A stretch of 64,000 nucleotides of DNA from Spirochaetaceae bacterium (GTDB lineage Bacteria > Spirochaetota > Spirochaetia > DSM-27196 > SLST01): assembly GCA_007118855.1 (NCBI GenBank), contig SKQU01000140.1, positions 17,289 through 81,288 of the forward strand, in the 5' to 3' direction. Within the stretch, counting starts at the first letter, position 1. Each line of letters opens with the position of its first letter. Made by a program: the position numbers and the translations under genes. Under the pieces are notes generated by a model. The model was not told the DNA's origin and made no database searches. It worked only from the letters and a program-made list of their open reading frames with translations. Of this stretch, positions 45,685-59,487 are shown in pieces.

Positions 45685-48600
45685 ATGCTTGATCGAACCA
45701 CACACATCGAACGGACCACCGTTGGACAGCAGTCCACGCAGGTGATGGATCTTCCCGACCTGGTCGGGGTCCAAATCGCCTCGTTTGAGAGATTCCTCCA
45801 GCGGGAGACCATGAAGCGCGGCGAGCCGATCGACGAACAGGGTCTTGAAGAGGTCTTCCAGTCCATATTCCCGATCGAGAGTCAGAACGGCGACATGCGG
45901 CTGGAGTACGATCACTACGTGCTCGACGAGGAGAACATCAAGCTCAGCGAACCGGAGTGCAAGCAGAAGGGTCTGACCTACGCGATTCCGGTCAAGGCCC
46001 GCATCAACCTGGTCTTCCTGGAGACCGGTGAGATTCGCCAGAAAGACATCTACATGGGCGACATTCCGCTCATGACCGATCGTGGGACCTTCATTGTCAA
46101 CGGGGCCGAACGGGTGGTCGTCAGCCAGATTCACCGATCGCCCGGCGTCATCTTCTCCCACGAGAAGGGAGTGTACAGTTCGCGCATCATCCCCTACCGC
46201 GGAAGCTGGCTCGAGTTCGAGATCGATCAGAAGAAGGAGCTGATCTACGCGAAGATCGACCGGAAGAAACGAATCCTCGGGACGCTCTTCCTTCGGGCCC
46301 TCGGGTTCGACACACGCGAGAAGATCATCGACGTCTTCTACCGAACGACCACCATGAAAGTCTCGGACAAACGCGAGACGGTGGAGGCGCTCAACGGGCA
46401 GGTGCTCGCGCGCGCCGTCTACGCGTCGGATCAGACGTCGAACGGAGAGGGCGAGGCGCGACGGCGCTACAGGGCGGGAGAGAAGATCCATCCGCATGAC
46501 ATCGACGAGCTGATTCACTCCGGTGTGACTGAGATCGAGGTCATCGACATGGCGGACCCGGAGAGTCTCCACTCGGAGATCATCCTGAACTGCTTCGAGC
46601 GCGAGGAGAACAAGAGCACGCGGGATGATCCGGAATCCGACGAACCGTCGCGCGAGGACGCCCTCTCGGCCGTCTACGCGGTCCTGCTTCCCGGTGAGCC
46701 GATCACGGTGGACGGCGCCGAGAAAGACTTCAACAGCATGTTCTTCACGCCGCGGCGCTACGATCTCGGCCGGGTCGGGCGGTACAAGCTGAACAAGAAG
46801 TTCGACTACGCGGATCCGGTCGACAGCCACGTGCTGACGAAGGACGACATCGTGAACACGATGGCCTATCTCATCAACGTCTACATCGGCGAGGCGAATG
46901 TCGACGACATAGACCACCTCGGGAATCGCCGTATACGCAGCGTCGGCGAGCTCCTGGGCAACAGCCTGAAGACGGCCTTCACCCGCATGGAACGGATTGC
47001 CAAGGAACGGATGAGTCTCAAGGAGACTGATACGATCAAGCCGCAGGACCTGATCTCGATCAAACCGGTCGTGGCGGCGATCAAGGAGTTCTTCGGATCC
47101 TCGCAACTGTCGCAGTTCATGGATCAGGTCAACCCGCTTTCGGAGCTGACCCACAAGCGTCGACTGAACGCGCTCGGTCCCGGGGGGCTCTCGCGCGACC
47201 GTGCGAGCTTCGAGGTTCGCGACGTCCACTACACCCACTACGGCCGGATGTGCCCGATCGAGACGCCTGAAGGACCGAATATCGGGCTCATCGTGAGTCT
47301 CGCGAACTACACCCGGGTCAACGACTACGGCTTCCTGGAGACACCGTACCGCCGGGTCGCCGACGGGAAGGCAACGAAGGACATTGAGTATCTCTCCGCG
47401 ATGGACGAGGAGAAATACTACATTGCGCAGGCGAACGCGCAGCTCGATCCGAAGTCGGGGAAGTTTCTGACTCCGCTGGTGAGCGTGCGGCGCAGCGGCG
47501 ACTACACGACGAAGCCGCCGGAGCAGATCCAGTACATGGACGTCTCGCCGAAACAGGTGATCAGCGTCTCCGCATCGCTCATCCCCTTCCTCGAGCACGA
47601 CGATGCGAACCGCGCGCTTATGGGAAGCAACATGCAGCGACAGGCGGTGCCGCTTGTCTTCCCGGAGCCGCCCCGTGTCGGCACCGGGATGGAGCTCAAG
47701 TGCGCCTATGACTCCGGGGTGCTCGTGAAGGCGAAGCGAGCCGGTGAGGTGGTTCTCGTTACGTCGCAGTCGGTTCAGGTCAGACCGACCGACGCGAAGA
47801 GCGAGGTCGACACCTATCTGCTGATCAAGTACCAGCGGACGAATCAGGACACATGCTTCATCCAGAAACCGGTTGTCGAGGTGGGGCAGAAGGTCAAGGC
47901 CGGCGACGTGATCGCTGACGGCCCGGCGACGCATCAGGGAGAGCTCTCTCTGGGGAGAAACGTGCTCGTCGGCTTTGTGCCGTGGAACGGCTACAACTAC
48001 GAAGATGCGATCCTCGTCTCCGAGAAGATCGTGAAAGAAGACATCTTCACGAGCATCCACATCAAAGAGTTCACGGTTGACGTGCGTGAGACCAAGCTCG
48101 GTCCTGAGAAGATTACCCGCGACATACCGAACACGAGCGAGAAGGCTCTTGACCAGCTCGATGAAGAGGGAATCGTGCGGATCGGAGCAAAGGTTGGCAG
48201 CGGATACATTCTCGTCGGTAAAGTGACGCCGAAGAGCGAAACCGAGACGACGCCGGAGTTCAAGCTCCTGAACTCGATATTCGGGGAGAAGGCGAAGGAG
48301 GTGCGCGACACCTCGTTGAGAATACCGCACGGTGTCGAGGGCACCGTCATCGATGTCCAGCGACTGAAGCGCAGCGAGGGAGACGATCTGTCGCCAGGAG
48401 TCGACGAGGTGGTCAAGGTGCTCGTCGCGACCAAGCGGAAGCTGCAGGAGGGCGACAAGATGGCCGGCCGTCACGGCAATAAGGGGGTCATCGCCCGCGT
48501 CCTCCCGGAGGAGGACATGCCGTACCTGACCGACGGAACGCCGCTGGATGTGTGCCTGAACCCGCTCGGTGTGCCGAGCCGCATGAACCTCGGTCAGATA

Positions 48601-49197
48601 CTCGAATGCGAGCTCGGTTGGGCCGGATCAATCCTCAACGAATGGTATTCGACTCCGGTTTTCGAGTCGGCGAGCAACGGACAGATAGAAGAGAAGCTCA
48701 AAGCGGCCGGCTTGCCGACGAACTCGAAGGCCGTGCTGTACGACGGCCGCACGGGCGAGCCGTTCGAGAATGAGGTCACCGTCGGGCAGATGTACATGCT
48801 CAAGCTGCACCACCTGGTTGACGACAAGATGCACGCGCGGTCGACCGGACCGTACTCGCTGGTCACGCAGCAACCACTCGGCGGCAAGGCTCAGTTCGGC
48901 GGGCAGCGTCTTGGTGAGATGGAGGTCTGGGCGCTTGAAGCATACGGCGCGGCGAACACGCTGCAGGAGCTCCTGACGATCAAGAGCGACGACATGAACG
49001 GTCGCGCCAAGATTTACGAGAGCATCGTGAAGGGCGAGCCGTCCACCAGCGCGGGCGTTCCGGAGAGCTTCAACGTCCTGGTGCAGGAGCTGCGCGGACT
49101 TGCGCTCGACATCTCGATCTGGGACGGGAAGGGCAAGCAGATTCCGCTGACCGAGCGGGATGAGGAGCTCATCAACCGTCAGGGCAGCAACTTCTAA
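45685..49197 (+). CDS. rpoB: DNA-directed RNA polymerase subunit beta
   Basis: 1170 aa: [17 protein letters not shown]...[15 protein letters not shown]...[11 protein letters not shown]...NMQRQAVPL...[13 protein letters not shown]. Start set at ATG 45685. Confidence 0.98.
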   Translation: MLDRTTHIERTTVGQQSTQVMDLPDLVGVQIASFERFLQRETMKRGEPIDEQGLEEVFQSIFPIESQNGDMRLEYDHYVLDEENIKLSEPECKQKGLTYAIPVKARINLVFLETGEIRQKDIYMGDIPLMTDRGTFIVNGAERVVVSQIHRSPGVIFSHEKGVYSSRIIPYRGSWLEFEIDQKKELIYAKIDRKKRILGTLFLRALGFDTREKIIDVFYRTTTMKVSDKRETVEALNGQVLARAVYASDQTSNGEGEARRRYRAGEKIHPHDIDELIHSGVTEIEVIDMADPESLHSEIILNCFEREENKSTRDDPESDEPSREDALSAVYAVLLPGEPITVDGAEKDFNSMFFTPRRYDLGRVGRYKLNKKFDYADPVDSHVLTKDDIVNTMAYLINVYIGEANVDDIDHLGNRRIRSVGELLGNSLKTAFTRMERIAKERMSLKETDTIKPQDLISIKPVVAAIKEFFGSSQLSQFMDQVNPLSELTHKRRLNALGPGGLSRDRASFEVRDVHYTHYGRMCPIETPEGPNIGLIVSLANYTRVNDYGFLETPYRRVADGKATKDIEYLSAMDEEKYYIAQANAQLDPKSGKFLTPLVSVRRSGDYTTKPPEQIQYMDVSPKQVISVSASLIPFLEHDDANRALMGSNMQRQAVPLVFPEPPRVGTGMELKCAYDSGVLVKAKRAGEVVLVTSQSVQVRPTDAKSEVDTYLLIKYQRTNQDTCFIQKPVVEVGQKVKAGDVIADGPATHQGELSLGRNVLVGFVPWNGYNYEDAILVSEKIVKEDIFTSIHIKEFTVDVRETKLGPEKITRDIPNTSEKALDQLDEEGIVRIGAKVGSGYILVGKVTPKSETETTPEFKLLNSIFGEKAKEVRDTSLRIPHGVEGTVIDVQRLKRSEGDDLSPGVDEVVKVLVATKRKLQEGDKMAGRHGNKGVIARVLPEEDMPYLTDGTPLDVCLNPLGVPSRMNLGQILECELGWAGSILNEWYSTPVFESASNGQIEEKLKAAGLPTNSKAVLYDGRTGEPFENEVTVGQMYMLKLHHLVDDKMHARSTGPYSLVTQQPLGGKAQFGGQRLGEMEVWALEAYGAANTLQELLTIKSDDMNGRAKIYESIVKGEPSTSAGVPESFNVLVQELRGLALDISIWDGKGKQIPLTERDEELINRQGSNF

Positions 49198-49208
49198 TCG
49201 GAGGAATC

Positions 49209-53453
<4,245 letters not shown>

Positions 53454-53537
53454 AGACGACTGGGGAGAATGGGTCCCGGTACGCGTGCAGAATCGGCTCT
53501 GCCGATTCTGCTCAGACGACTGGGGAGAATGGGTCCC
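53454..53537 (+). repeat. two perfect 24-nt direct repeats (60-nt period) immediately after the rpoC stop
   Basis: agacgactggggagaatgggtccc occurs at 53454-53477 and again at 53514-53537. Confidence 0.95.
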
Positions 53538-53545
53538 AGTCGTCT
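53487..53545 (+). terminator. two consecutive 10-bp hairpins after rpoC (no U-tract)
   Basis: Hairpin 1: gcagaatcgg (53487-53496) with ccgattctgc (53502-53511), 5-nt loop. Hairpin 2: agacgactgg (53514-53523) with ccagtcgtct (53536-53545), 12-nt loop. The second abuts the -35 of the rpsL promoter. Confidence 0.4.
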
Positions 53546-53573
53546 TGACACCCAATAGGCCTGTTGGTACATT
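53545..53573 (+). promoter_or_regulatory. extended -10 promoter of rpsL-rpsG
   Basis: TTGACA at 53545-53550, a 17-nt spacer, then TGgTACATT (hexamer at 53568-53573). Confidence 0.6.
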
Positions 53574-53611
53574 ACGGGCTCACGTACGGAAAAAGGGAGT
53601 ATTCAGAAAGC

Positions 53612-53986
53612 ATGCCAACTATCAACCAGTTGGTCCGAAATGGCCGAAAGACATTGAAGAAGGGGACGAAGTCTCCCGCGCTCCAGTCTTGCCCGCAGAA
53701 GCGGGGCGTCTGTACGCGCGTGATGACGATTACCCCCAAGAAGCCGAACTCCGCGCTTCGCAAAGTTGCGCGTGTTCGGCTCACCAACGGGATCGAGGTG
53801 ACCGCCTATATTCCGGGGATCGGCCACAATCTGCAGGAGCACTCGGTAGTGCTTCTGAGGGGCGGACGCGTGAAGGACCTGCCCGGCGTGCGGTACCACA
53901 TCGTTCGCGGCGCGAAGGATACCCTTGGCGTCGACGATCGACGTAAGGCGCGTTCGAAGTATGGGACGAAGCGGCCAAAGGCGTAG
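53612..53986 (+). CDS. rpsL: 30S ribosomal protein S12
   Basis: [60 protein letters not shown] 53612 follows AAAGGGAG. Confidence 0.97.
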   Translation: MPTINQLVRNGRKTLKKGTKSPALQSCPQKRGVCTRVMTITPKKPNSALRKVARVRLTNGIEVTAYIPGIGHNLQEHSVVLLRGGRVKDLPGVRYHIVRGAKDTLGVDDRRKARSKYGTKRPKA

Positions 53987-53994
53987 GTAGCGAG

Positions 53995-54465
53995 ATGCCG
54001 AGACGACACATTGTACCGCGGAAACAAGCAGTGCCGGATCCTCGATACGGAAGCACGGTCGTTGCAAAGTTCGTTGCACGCATGATGCTCGACGGCAAGA
54101 AGTCGGTCGCCCAGGGTGTCTTCTACGGTGCGATGGACGAGATCGAGAAGAAGGGTGATGCCAAGGCGCTTGATGTCTTCCTGAAAGCGATCGAGAATGT
54201 GCGGCCGGCGGTGGAAGTCAAGAGCCGGCGGGTCGGCGGATCTACCTACCAGGTCCCTGTCGAAGTGCGTGAGAACCGGCGCGAGGCGCTTGCAATGCGC
54301 TGGCTGATTGCCGCGGCTCGCAGCCGCAGCGGGCGAAGCATGAGTCAGAAGCTCAGCGGCGAGCTGTTGGACGCCGCGAATCAGTCCGGGAATGCCTTCA
54401 AGAAGAAGGAAGACACGCACAGAATGGCCGAGGCTAACAAGGCCTTCTCGCATTACAGGTGGTAG
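53995..54465 (+). CDS. rpsG: 30S ribosomal protein S7
   Basis: [27 protein letters not shown]...[29 protein letters not shown]...KAFSHYRW. Confidence 0.97.
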   Translation: MPRRHIVPRKQAVPDPRYGSTVVAKFVARMMLDGKKSVAQGVFYGAMDEIEKKGDAKALDVFLKAIENVRPAVEVKSRRVGGSTYQVPVEVRENRREALAMRWLIAAARSRSGRSMSQKLSGELLDAANQSGNAFKKKEDTHRMAEANKAFSHYRW

Positions 54466-54546
54466 TCCACCTGTAATGCCGCAGAAGCCCGTAAGGGCTT
54501 CTGCACGCACCTACAGGTGGTAGTCCACCTGTAATGCCGCAGAAGC
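54454..54546 (+). repeat. two perfect 35-nt direct repeats (58-nt period); the first contains the last four codons and the stop of rpsG
   Basis: tacaggtggtagtccacctgtaatgccgcagaagc occurs at 54454-54488 and again at 54512-54546. Confidence 0.95.
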
Positions 54547-54574
54547 TGCAGGACAGCTTCTGCGCTGATCTTTT
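54539..54574 (+). terminator. candidate terminator after rpsG (last of four hairpins)
   Basis: gcagaagctg (54539-54548) pairs with cagcttctgc (54554-54563). TTTT at 54571-54574 follows after 7 nt. Upstream hairpins lie at 54455-54474, 54481-54504 (GTAA loop) and 54513-54532. Confidence 0.45.
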
Positions 54575-54785
54575 ACAGCTCGGCTCAAGGTTTTCTTGAG
54601 CAGTGCAGACCAAACCGGTCGTCTCTTTCGCTGGAGAGCTGGTTGGCAGGATCGTTCGGCACGCGGTCCCGCAGAGTACGAGTGCCGCGGGATGGCAAGG
54701 TGGTCGCGATTCTACGGGTGCAAAGGCACTCGTCTCGCGCTTGTCCGGTCCGGCCGGACCCACCTTACATGACATTGTTCGCAAT

Positions 54786-54820
54786 CGATCCAACCGCAGG
54801 AATATCCAGCGGTTGGATCG
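54786..54820 (+). promoter_or_regulatory. 12-bp stem hairpin in the tuf upstream region
   Basis: cgatccaaccgc (54786-54797) pairs with gcggttggatcg (54809-54820), 11-nt loop. It ends 58 nt before the tuf ATG. Confidence 0.4.
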
Positions 54821-54877
54821 CGAAGTACAGAATCAGGAACGGACCACGGGTTCGTGGCAAGACCCAAGGAGGGCGGA

Positions 54878-56071
54878 ATGGCTAAGGAGAAGTTTGCGAG
54901 GACCAAGCCCCATATCAACGTCGGCACCATAGGCCACGTCGACCATGGCAAGACGACGCTGACCGCGGCGATCACGATGATCAGCTCCGCGCGGATGGGC
55001 TCCGGCAAGATCATGAGCTATGAGGAGATCGACAATGCTCCTGAGGAAAAGGCTCGTGGCATCACGATCAACACTCGGCACGTTGAGTACGAGTCAGAGA
55101 AACGGCACTACGCTCATGTCGACTGCCCGGGGCACGCGGACTACATCAAGAACATGATCACCGGCGCGGCTCAGATGGACGGGGCGGTTCTCGTGGTATC
55201 GGCTCCGGATTCGGTCATGCCGCAGACGAGAGAGCACATCCTGCTCGCGCGACAGGTCGGCGTTCCTGCGATCATCGTGTTCCTGAACAAGACCGATCAG
55301 GTTGATGATCCCGAGCTCATTGAGCTGGTAGAGGAAGAGGTGCGCGAGGTGCTGAACGAGTATGAGTTCCCCGGCGACGAGATTCCGATCATCAAGGGAA
55401 GCGCCTTTGAGGCGATGAACAATCCGGCCGACGAGGAGAAGATCAAGCCCGTCCTCGAGCTCATGGAGGCGATGGACACCTACTTTCCGCTTCCCGAGCG
55501 TGCGGTGGATCTCGATTTCCTGATGCCGATTGAGGACATCTTCTCCATCCAGGGCCGCGGCACGGTCGTCACCGGACGTATTGAGCGCGGTATCGTCCAT
55601 GTGAACGATAAGGTACAGATCGTGGGGATCCGCGACACGAAGGAAACGGTCGTGACTGGCGTTGAGATGTTCAACAAGCTGCTCGACGAGGGGCAGGCCG
55701 GAGACAACATCGGTGCGCTGCTGCGTGGGATCGACAAGAACGAGGTCGAGCGTGGACAGGTTCTCGCGAAGCCCGGCTCGATCACTCCGCACACCAAGTT
55801 CAAGGGAACGATCTACGCCCTGAGCAAGGAAGAGGGCGGTCGCCACAGTCCGTTCTTCACCGGGTACCGTCCGCAGTTTTACTTCCGGACGACCGACATC
55901 ACGGGCACGGTTGCACTCCCTGAGGGCAAGGAAATGGTCATGCCCGGCGACAACACCGAGATCATCTGCGAGTTGATCCACCCGATCGCCATGGACAGGG
56001 GGCTTCGGTTCGCTATCCGGGAGGGTGGCCGGACGGTTGCGTCCGGTCAGGTTATCGAGATTGTTGAGTAA
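54878..56071 (+). CDS. tuf: elongation factor Tu
   Basis: [33 protein letters not shown]...[25 protein letters not shown] 54878 follows AAGGAGGG. Confidence 0.98.
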   Translation: MAKEKFARTKPHINVGTIGHVDHGKTTLTAAITMISSARMGSGKIMSYEEIDNAPEEKARGITINTRHVEYESEKRHYAHVDCPGHADYIKNMITGAAQMDGAVLVVSAPDSVMPQTREHILLARQVGVPAIIVFLNKTDQVDDPELIELVEEEVREVLNEYEFPGDEIPIIKGSAFEAMNNPADEEKIKPVLELMEAMDTYFPLPERAVDLDFLMPIEDIFSIQGRGTVVTGRIERGIVHVNDKVQIVGIRDTKETVVTGVEMFNKLLDEGQAGDNIGALLRGIDKNEVERGQVLAKPGSITPHTKFKGTIYALSKEEGGRHSPFFTGYRPQFYFRTTDITGTVALPEGKEMVMPGDNTEIICELIHPIAMDRGLRFAIREGGRTVASGQVIEIVE

Positions 56072-56077
56072 GGCGGG

Positions 56078-56105
56078 AGGAGCCTCACCCTGGGGTGAGG
56101 CTCCT
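56078..56105 (+). terminator. tuf-rpsJ intergenic hairpin (attenuator-like)
   Basis: A 12-bp stem (aggagcctcacc 56078-56089 with ggtgaggctcct 56094-56105) with loop ctgg, followed by tgcgatt. Confidence 0.4.
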
Positions 56106-56121
56106 TGCGATTGGAGGCGGC

Positions 56122-56430
56122 ATGGCTAACGACAGGATACGGGTTCGACTGCGGGGCTTCGACACGGAACTGGTGGACCAGAGCGCGAAGTCCATCGTGC
56201 AGACAGTGCAGAAGTCGGGGGCAAAGGTGTCCGGCCCGATTCCGCTGCCCACACGTATCAGCAAGTTCACCGTCCTGCGCTCTCCGCACGTGAACAAGAA
56301 AGCGCGTGAGCAGTTCGAGATGCGTACGCACAAGCGGTTGATCGATATCATGGAACCGACGTCGGTGGTCATGGATGCACTGATGAAGCTCGAGCTGCCG
56401 GCCGGGGTTGACGTCGAGATCAAGCAGTAG
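56122..56430 (+). CDS. rpsJ: 30S ribosomal protein S10
   Basis: [44 protein letters not shown]...[24 protein letters not shown]. Confidence 0.97.
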   Translation: MANDRIRVRLRGFDTELVDQSAKSIVQTVQKSGAKVSGPIPLPTRISKFTVLRSPHVNKKAREQFEMRTHKRLIDIMEPTSVVMDALMKLELPAGVDVEIKQ

Positions 56431-56461
56431 GGCCTTCGCGGCCCGGCTTACAGGAAGACAC

Positions 56462-57088
56462 ATGCTTGGGTTGATTGGGAAGAAAGTTGGGATGACGCAG
56501 ATCTTCAATGATTACGGGGAACTGATGCCGGTTACCGTGATCAGGATCGAGCCGAATCTCGTGGTGGACCGACGCACCGTCGATCGCAACGGGTACGATG
56601 CCGTCGTGCTTGGCGCGTCCGATGCGAAACCGTCGCGGCTCACTGCCCCGGTGCTCGGGCAGTTCAAGAAGAACGGCCTGGAGCCGAAGCGTCGCCTCGT
56701 CGAGATGCGGGACTTTGACCGCGAGTGCGCGATCGGGGACACCCTGGGCGTAGAGGTCTTCGAGAACTCCGCCTTCGTTGACGTCACCGGTACGTCGAAG
56801 GGAAAGGGCTACCAGGGAGTGATGAAGCGCCACGGGTTCGGCGGTGGTCGCAAGACGCATGGCAGCAAGTTTCACCGGGCAGGCGGGTCGACCGGAATGG
56901 CCGCATGGCCGTCCAAGGTACAGAAGGGCACGAAGATGGCCGGTCGTATGGGCGGCGTTCAGCGCACGGCCCAGAACCTGCGGATCGTCAGTATTGACGC
57001 GGAGCGGCAGATGCTGCTCGTCAATGGAGCCATTCCCGGAGCCCGTGACGGATACGTCATTGTTCGTACTGCCAGGAAGAAGGATTAG
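56462..57088 (+). CDS. rplC: 50S ribosomal protein L3
   Basis: MLGLIGKKVGMTQIFNDYGELMPVTVI...GTSKGKGYQGVMKRHGFGGG. Confidence 0.97.
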   Translation: MLGLIGKKVGMTQIFNDYGELMPVTVIRIEPNLVVDRRTVDRNGYDAVVLGASDAKPSRLTAPVLGQFKKNGLEPKRRLVEMRDFDRECAIGDTLGVEVFENSAFVDVTGTSKGKGYQGVMKRHGFGGGRKTHGSKFHRAGGSTGMAAWPSKVQKGTKMAGRMGGVQRTAQNLRIVSIDAERQMLLVNGAIPGARDGYVIVRTARKKD

Positions 57089-57091
57089 AAG

Positions 57092-57721
57092 ATGGACACA
57101 AAGGTCCTGTCGACAGCGGGCAAGGAACTGCGCTCCATTACACTCGCCGACGAGGTGTTCGGGCGAAAGGTATCGGACGGTGTGATCTACCACGCAATCC
57201 GGAACGAGCTCGCCAATGCGCGGGTGGGTACCGCGAAGACCAAGACCCGCAGCGAAGTGGCGGGCAGTCATCGAAAGCCGTGGCGACAGAAAGGCACGGG
57301 GCGCGCGCGCGCCGGTACGTACCAGAGCCCCGTGCGCGTCGGTGGCGGCGTTGCGTTTGGACCGCGGCCGCGGGATTATTCCTACCGGATGCCGAAGAAG
57401 ATGAAGCGTGCGGCGATGATGTCGCTCTTGAGCCAGAAGGTCAGCGAGGAGCGGCTTCTGGTGGTGGAGGACTTCACCGTCGAGGACGGCAAGACGAAGA
57501 AGCTCGCTGAGATCATGAGCGCCCTCACCGCGCAGGAGCGCACCGTGCTGATACTCGGCGACGACGATGCGATGATCAAAAGGGCCGGTCGGAATATCCC
57601 GTGGCTGAGGTACCTGTCGTACAACAGGCTGCGGGCGCACGACCTCTTCTACGGACAGCGCATTGTGCTGACCGAAAGCGCAGCACAGAAGTTGAACGAG
57701 TTCTACGGCGGTGAGGAGTGA
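57092..57721 (+). CDS. rplD: 50S ribosomal protein L4
   Basis: GSHRKPWRQKGTGRARAGTYQSPVRVGGGVAFGPRPRDYSYRMPKKMKR. Confidence 0.96.
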   Translation: MDTKVLSTAGKELRSITLADEVFGRKVSDGVIYHAIRNELANARVGTAKTKTRSEVAGSHRKPWRQKGTGRARAGTYQSPVRVGGGVAFGPRPRDYSYRMPKKMKRAAMMSLLSQKVSEERLLVVEDFTVEDGKTKKLAEIMSALTAQERTVLILGDDDAMIKRAGRNIPWLRYLSYNRLRAHDLFYGQRIVLTESAAQKLNEFYGGEE

Positions 57722-57723
57722 GT

Positions 57724-58008
57724 ATGGACGCTGACCAGGTCATCATAGAGCCGCTGCTCACAGAGAAGACCACCCGTATGAGGGAGACGCACACGTATGC
57801 CTTCCGCGTTGACTCGCGTGCGAACAAGCTCGAGGTGAAGGACGCCCTGGAGGCGATGTTCGGTGTGCATCCTCTCGCCTGCCGTATCCTCAACGTGAAG
57901 GGGAAGCCGAAGCGGGTGCGGTACCGAAAGGGGTATACGTCCCGCTGGAAGAAGGCGATCGTGACACTTCCGCCGGGTGAGACGATCGCTATCTTCGAGG
58001 GAGCCTGA
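57724..58008 (+). CDS. rplW: 50S ribosomal protein L23
   Basis: MDADQVIIEPLLTEKT...YAFRVDSRANKLEVKDALEAMFGV...KKAIVTL. ATG 57724 is preferred over GTG 57718 on SD spacing. Confidence 0.95.
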   Translation: MDADQVIIEPLLTEKTTRMRETHTYAFRVDSRANKLEVKDALEAMFGVHPLACRILNVKGKPKRVRYRKGYTSRWKKAIVTLPPGETIAIFEGA

Positions 58009-58009
58009 T

Positions 58010-58834
58010 ATGGGATTGAAGGAGTACAATCCGAAGACGCCGGGGCTTCGCTATCGGACGACGCTGGACTACAGCGATCTGGACAAGCGGGATTCCCAGA
58101 AGGCGCTGACAAAAGGCGCCGGCTTCGCTGCCGGACGAGATTCGGCCGGTAGAATCAGTGTCCGACGCAAGGGCGGCCGACACAAGCGGCTCTACCGTAC
58201 GGTCGACTTCCGGCGCGACAAGATGAACGTGCCGGGCAGAGTCGACTCGATCGAATACGATCCGAATCGTAGCGCGAATATCGCGCTCGTGGTCTATGCC
58301 GACGGGGAGAAGCGGTACATTCTCGCTCCCCGGGGGCTGCAGCGAGGAATGTCGGTTGTTGCGGCGGACAACGCCGCGCCGACCGTAGGCAACTGCCTGC
58401 CGCTCGAGAGCGTTCCGCTCGGAACCACGGTGCATAACGTTGAGCTGCAGTATGGCCGCGGCGGACAGCTGGCGCGATCGGCCGGGACCGGCGCAGTGGT
58501 GGTGGCACGTGACAAGGATTACGTGACGCTCAAGCTCCCGTCCGGTGAGATGCGCCTTGTGTTTCGCAGGTGTCGAGCCACAATCGGGGCGGTGGGTAAT
58601 GAGGACCACATGAACGTCAGCCTCGGGAAGGCCGGTCGTTCTCGTCATCTGGGTCGCCGGCCAAAGGTTCGCGGAGTGGTGATGAACCCCGTCGACCATC
58701 CGCATGGTGGCGGTGAGGGCCGTACTTCGGGCGGACGACATCCGGTGAGTCCGTGGGGTCAGCAGGCGAAAGGTCACAAGACGCGGAAGAAGCGGAAGCA
58801 GTCGAGCAAGTTCATCGTCAAGCGACGGAAATAG
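58010..58834 (+). CDS. rplB: 50S ribosomal protein L2
   Basis: MGLKEYNPKTPGLRYRT...GGRHKRLYR.VDFRR...MNPVDHPHGGGEGRTSGGRHPVSPWG. Confidence 0.97.
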   Translation: MGLKEYNPKTPGLRYRTTLDYSDLDKRDSQKALTKGAGFAAGRDSAGRISVRRKGGRHKRLYRTVDFRRDKMNVPGRVDSIEYDPNRSANIALVVYADGEKRYILAPRGLQRGMSVVAADNAAPTVGNCLPLESVPLGTTVHNVELQYGRGGQLARSAGTGAVVVARDKDYVTLKLPSGEMRLVFRRCRATIGAVGNEDHMNVSLGKAGRSRHLGRRPKVRGVVMNPVDHPHGGGEGRTSGGRHPVSPWGQQAKGHKTRKKRKQSSKFIVKRRK

Positions 58835-58843
58835 GAGCGCGGC

Positions 58844-59122
58844 GTGTCACGATCGGTCAAGAAGGGCCCGTTCATAGAGAAGAGCCTCTATTCGCGGGTG
58901 GTGGATATGAGCAAGAGCGGTCAGAAGAAGATGATCAAGACGTATTCTCGGACGAGTACGATCATCCCCGAGATGGTTGGTCTGACGATCAGCGTCTACA
59001 ACGGGAAGACCTGGGTTCCCGTGTATGTGACGGAGAACCTTGTGGGGCACAAGCTCGGTGAGTTTGCTCCGACGAGGTTGTTCCGCGGCCATGCGGGAAG
59101 CGACCGAAAGGCGAGGAGGTAA
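58844..59122 (+). CDS. rpsS: 30S ribosomal protein S19
   Basis: GTG start. [14 protein letters not shown]...[34 protein letters not shown]. Confidence 0.96.
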   Translation: MSRSVKKGPFIEKSLYSRVVDMSKSGQKKMIKTYSRTSTIIPEMVGLTISVYNGKTWVPVYVTENLVGHKLGEFAPTRLFRGHAGSDRKARR

Positions 59123-59124
59123 GG

Positions 59125-59487
59125 ATGGCGAGCACCACCGGGTACCGTGCGGTTGCACGCTATCTGCTTGTCTCACCGTTCAAGGTAAGACCGGTAGCGG
59201 ACGCTGTACGCCGTCGTCCGTACTCTGAAGCGGTTGCGATCCTCGATCATCTTCCCCAGAAGGGCGCCGGCTTGATCAAGAAAGTTCTCAAGTCAGCGGC
59301 GGCGAACGCGCTGGTTCAGAACAAGAATTTGGACGAGGACATGCTCTACGTGAAGGAACTGCGGGTTGATGAAGGCCCGCGTCTGCGTCGGGTGTGGTTT
59401 CGCGCCCGTGGACGGGCGGATCTGCTTCACAAGCGTATGAGCCATATCACGGCGGTTGTGGACGAGATCGGGCGATCGGGGGACTAG
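59125..59487 (+). CDS. rplV: 50S ribosomal protein L22
   Basis: YRAVARYLLVSPFKVRPVADAVRRRPYSEAVAILDHLPQKGA...VDEGPRLRRVWFRARGRADLLHKRMSHI. Confidence 0.95.
   Translation: MASTTGYRAVARYLLVSPFKVRPVADAVRRRPYSEAVAILDHLPQKGAGLIKKVLKSAAANALVQNKNLDEDMLYVKELRVDEGPRLRRVWFRARGRADLLHKRMSHITAVVDEIGRSGD

Noticed and set aside
53454-54546. Could the 24-nt and 35-nt direct repeats be a small CRISPR array or MITE ends?
   Set aside because: There are only two copies of each. The intervening segments are themselves hairpins related to the repeats. No cas or transposase genes and no terminal inverted repeats bound an insert. A tandem duplication of hairpin modules explains them better.
54466-54877. A degraded fusA pseudogene, or small coding ORFs (54603-54932, 54643-54885), in the rpsG-tuf spacer.
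   Set aside because: None of the six frames shows EF-G-like sequence (no AHIDAGKTT-type G domain and no C-terminal blocks). The listed ORFs overlap the tuf start, are Arg-rich and lack SDs.
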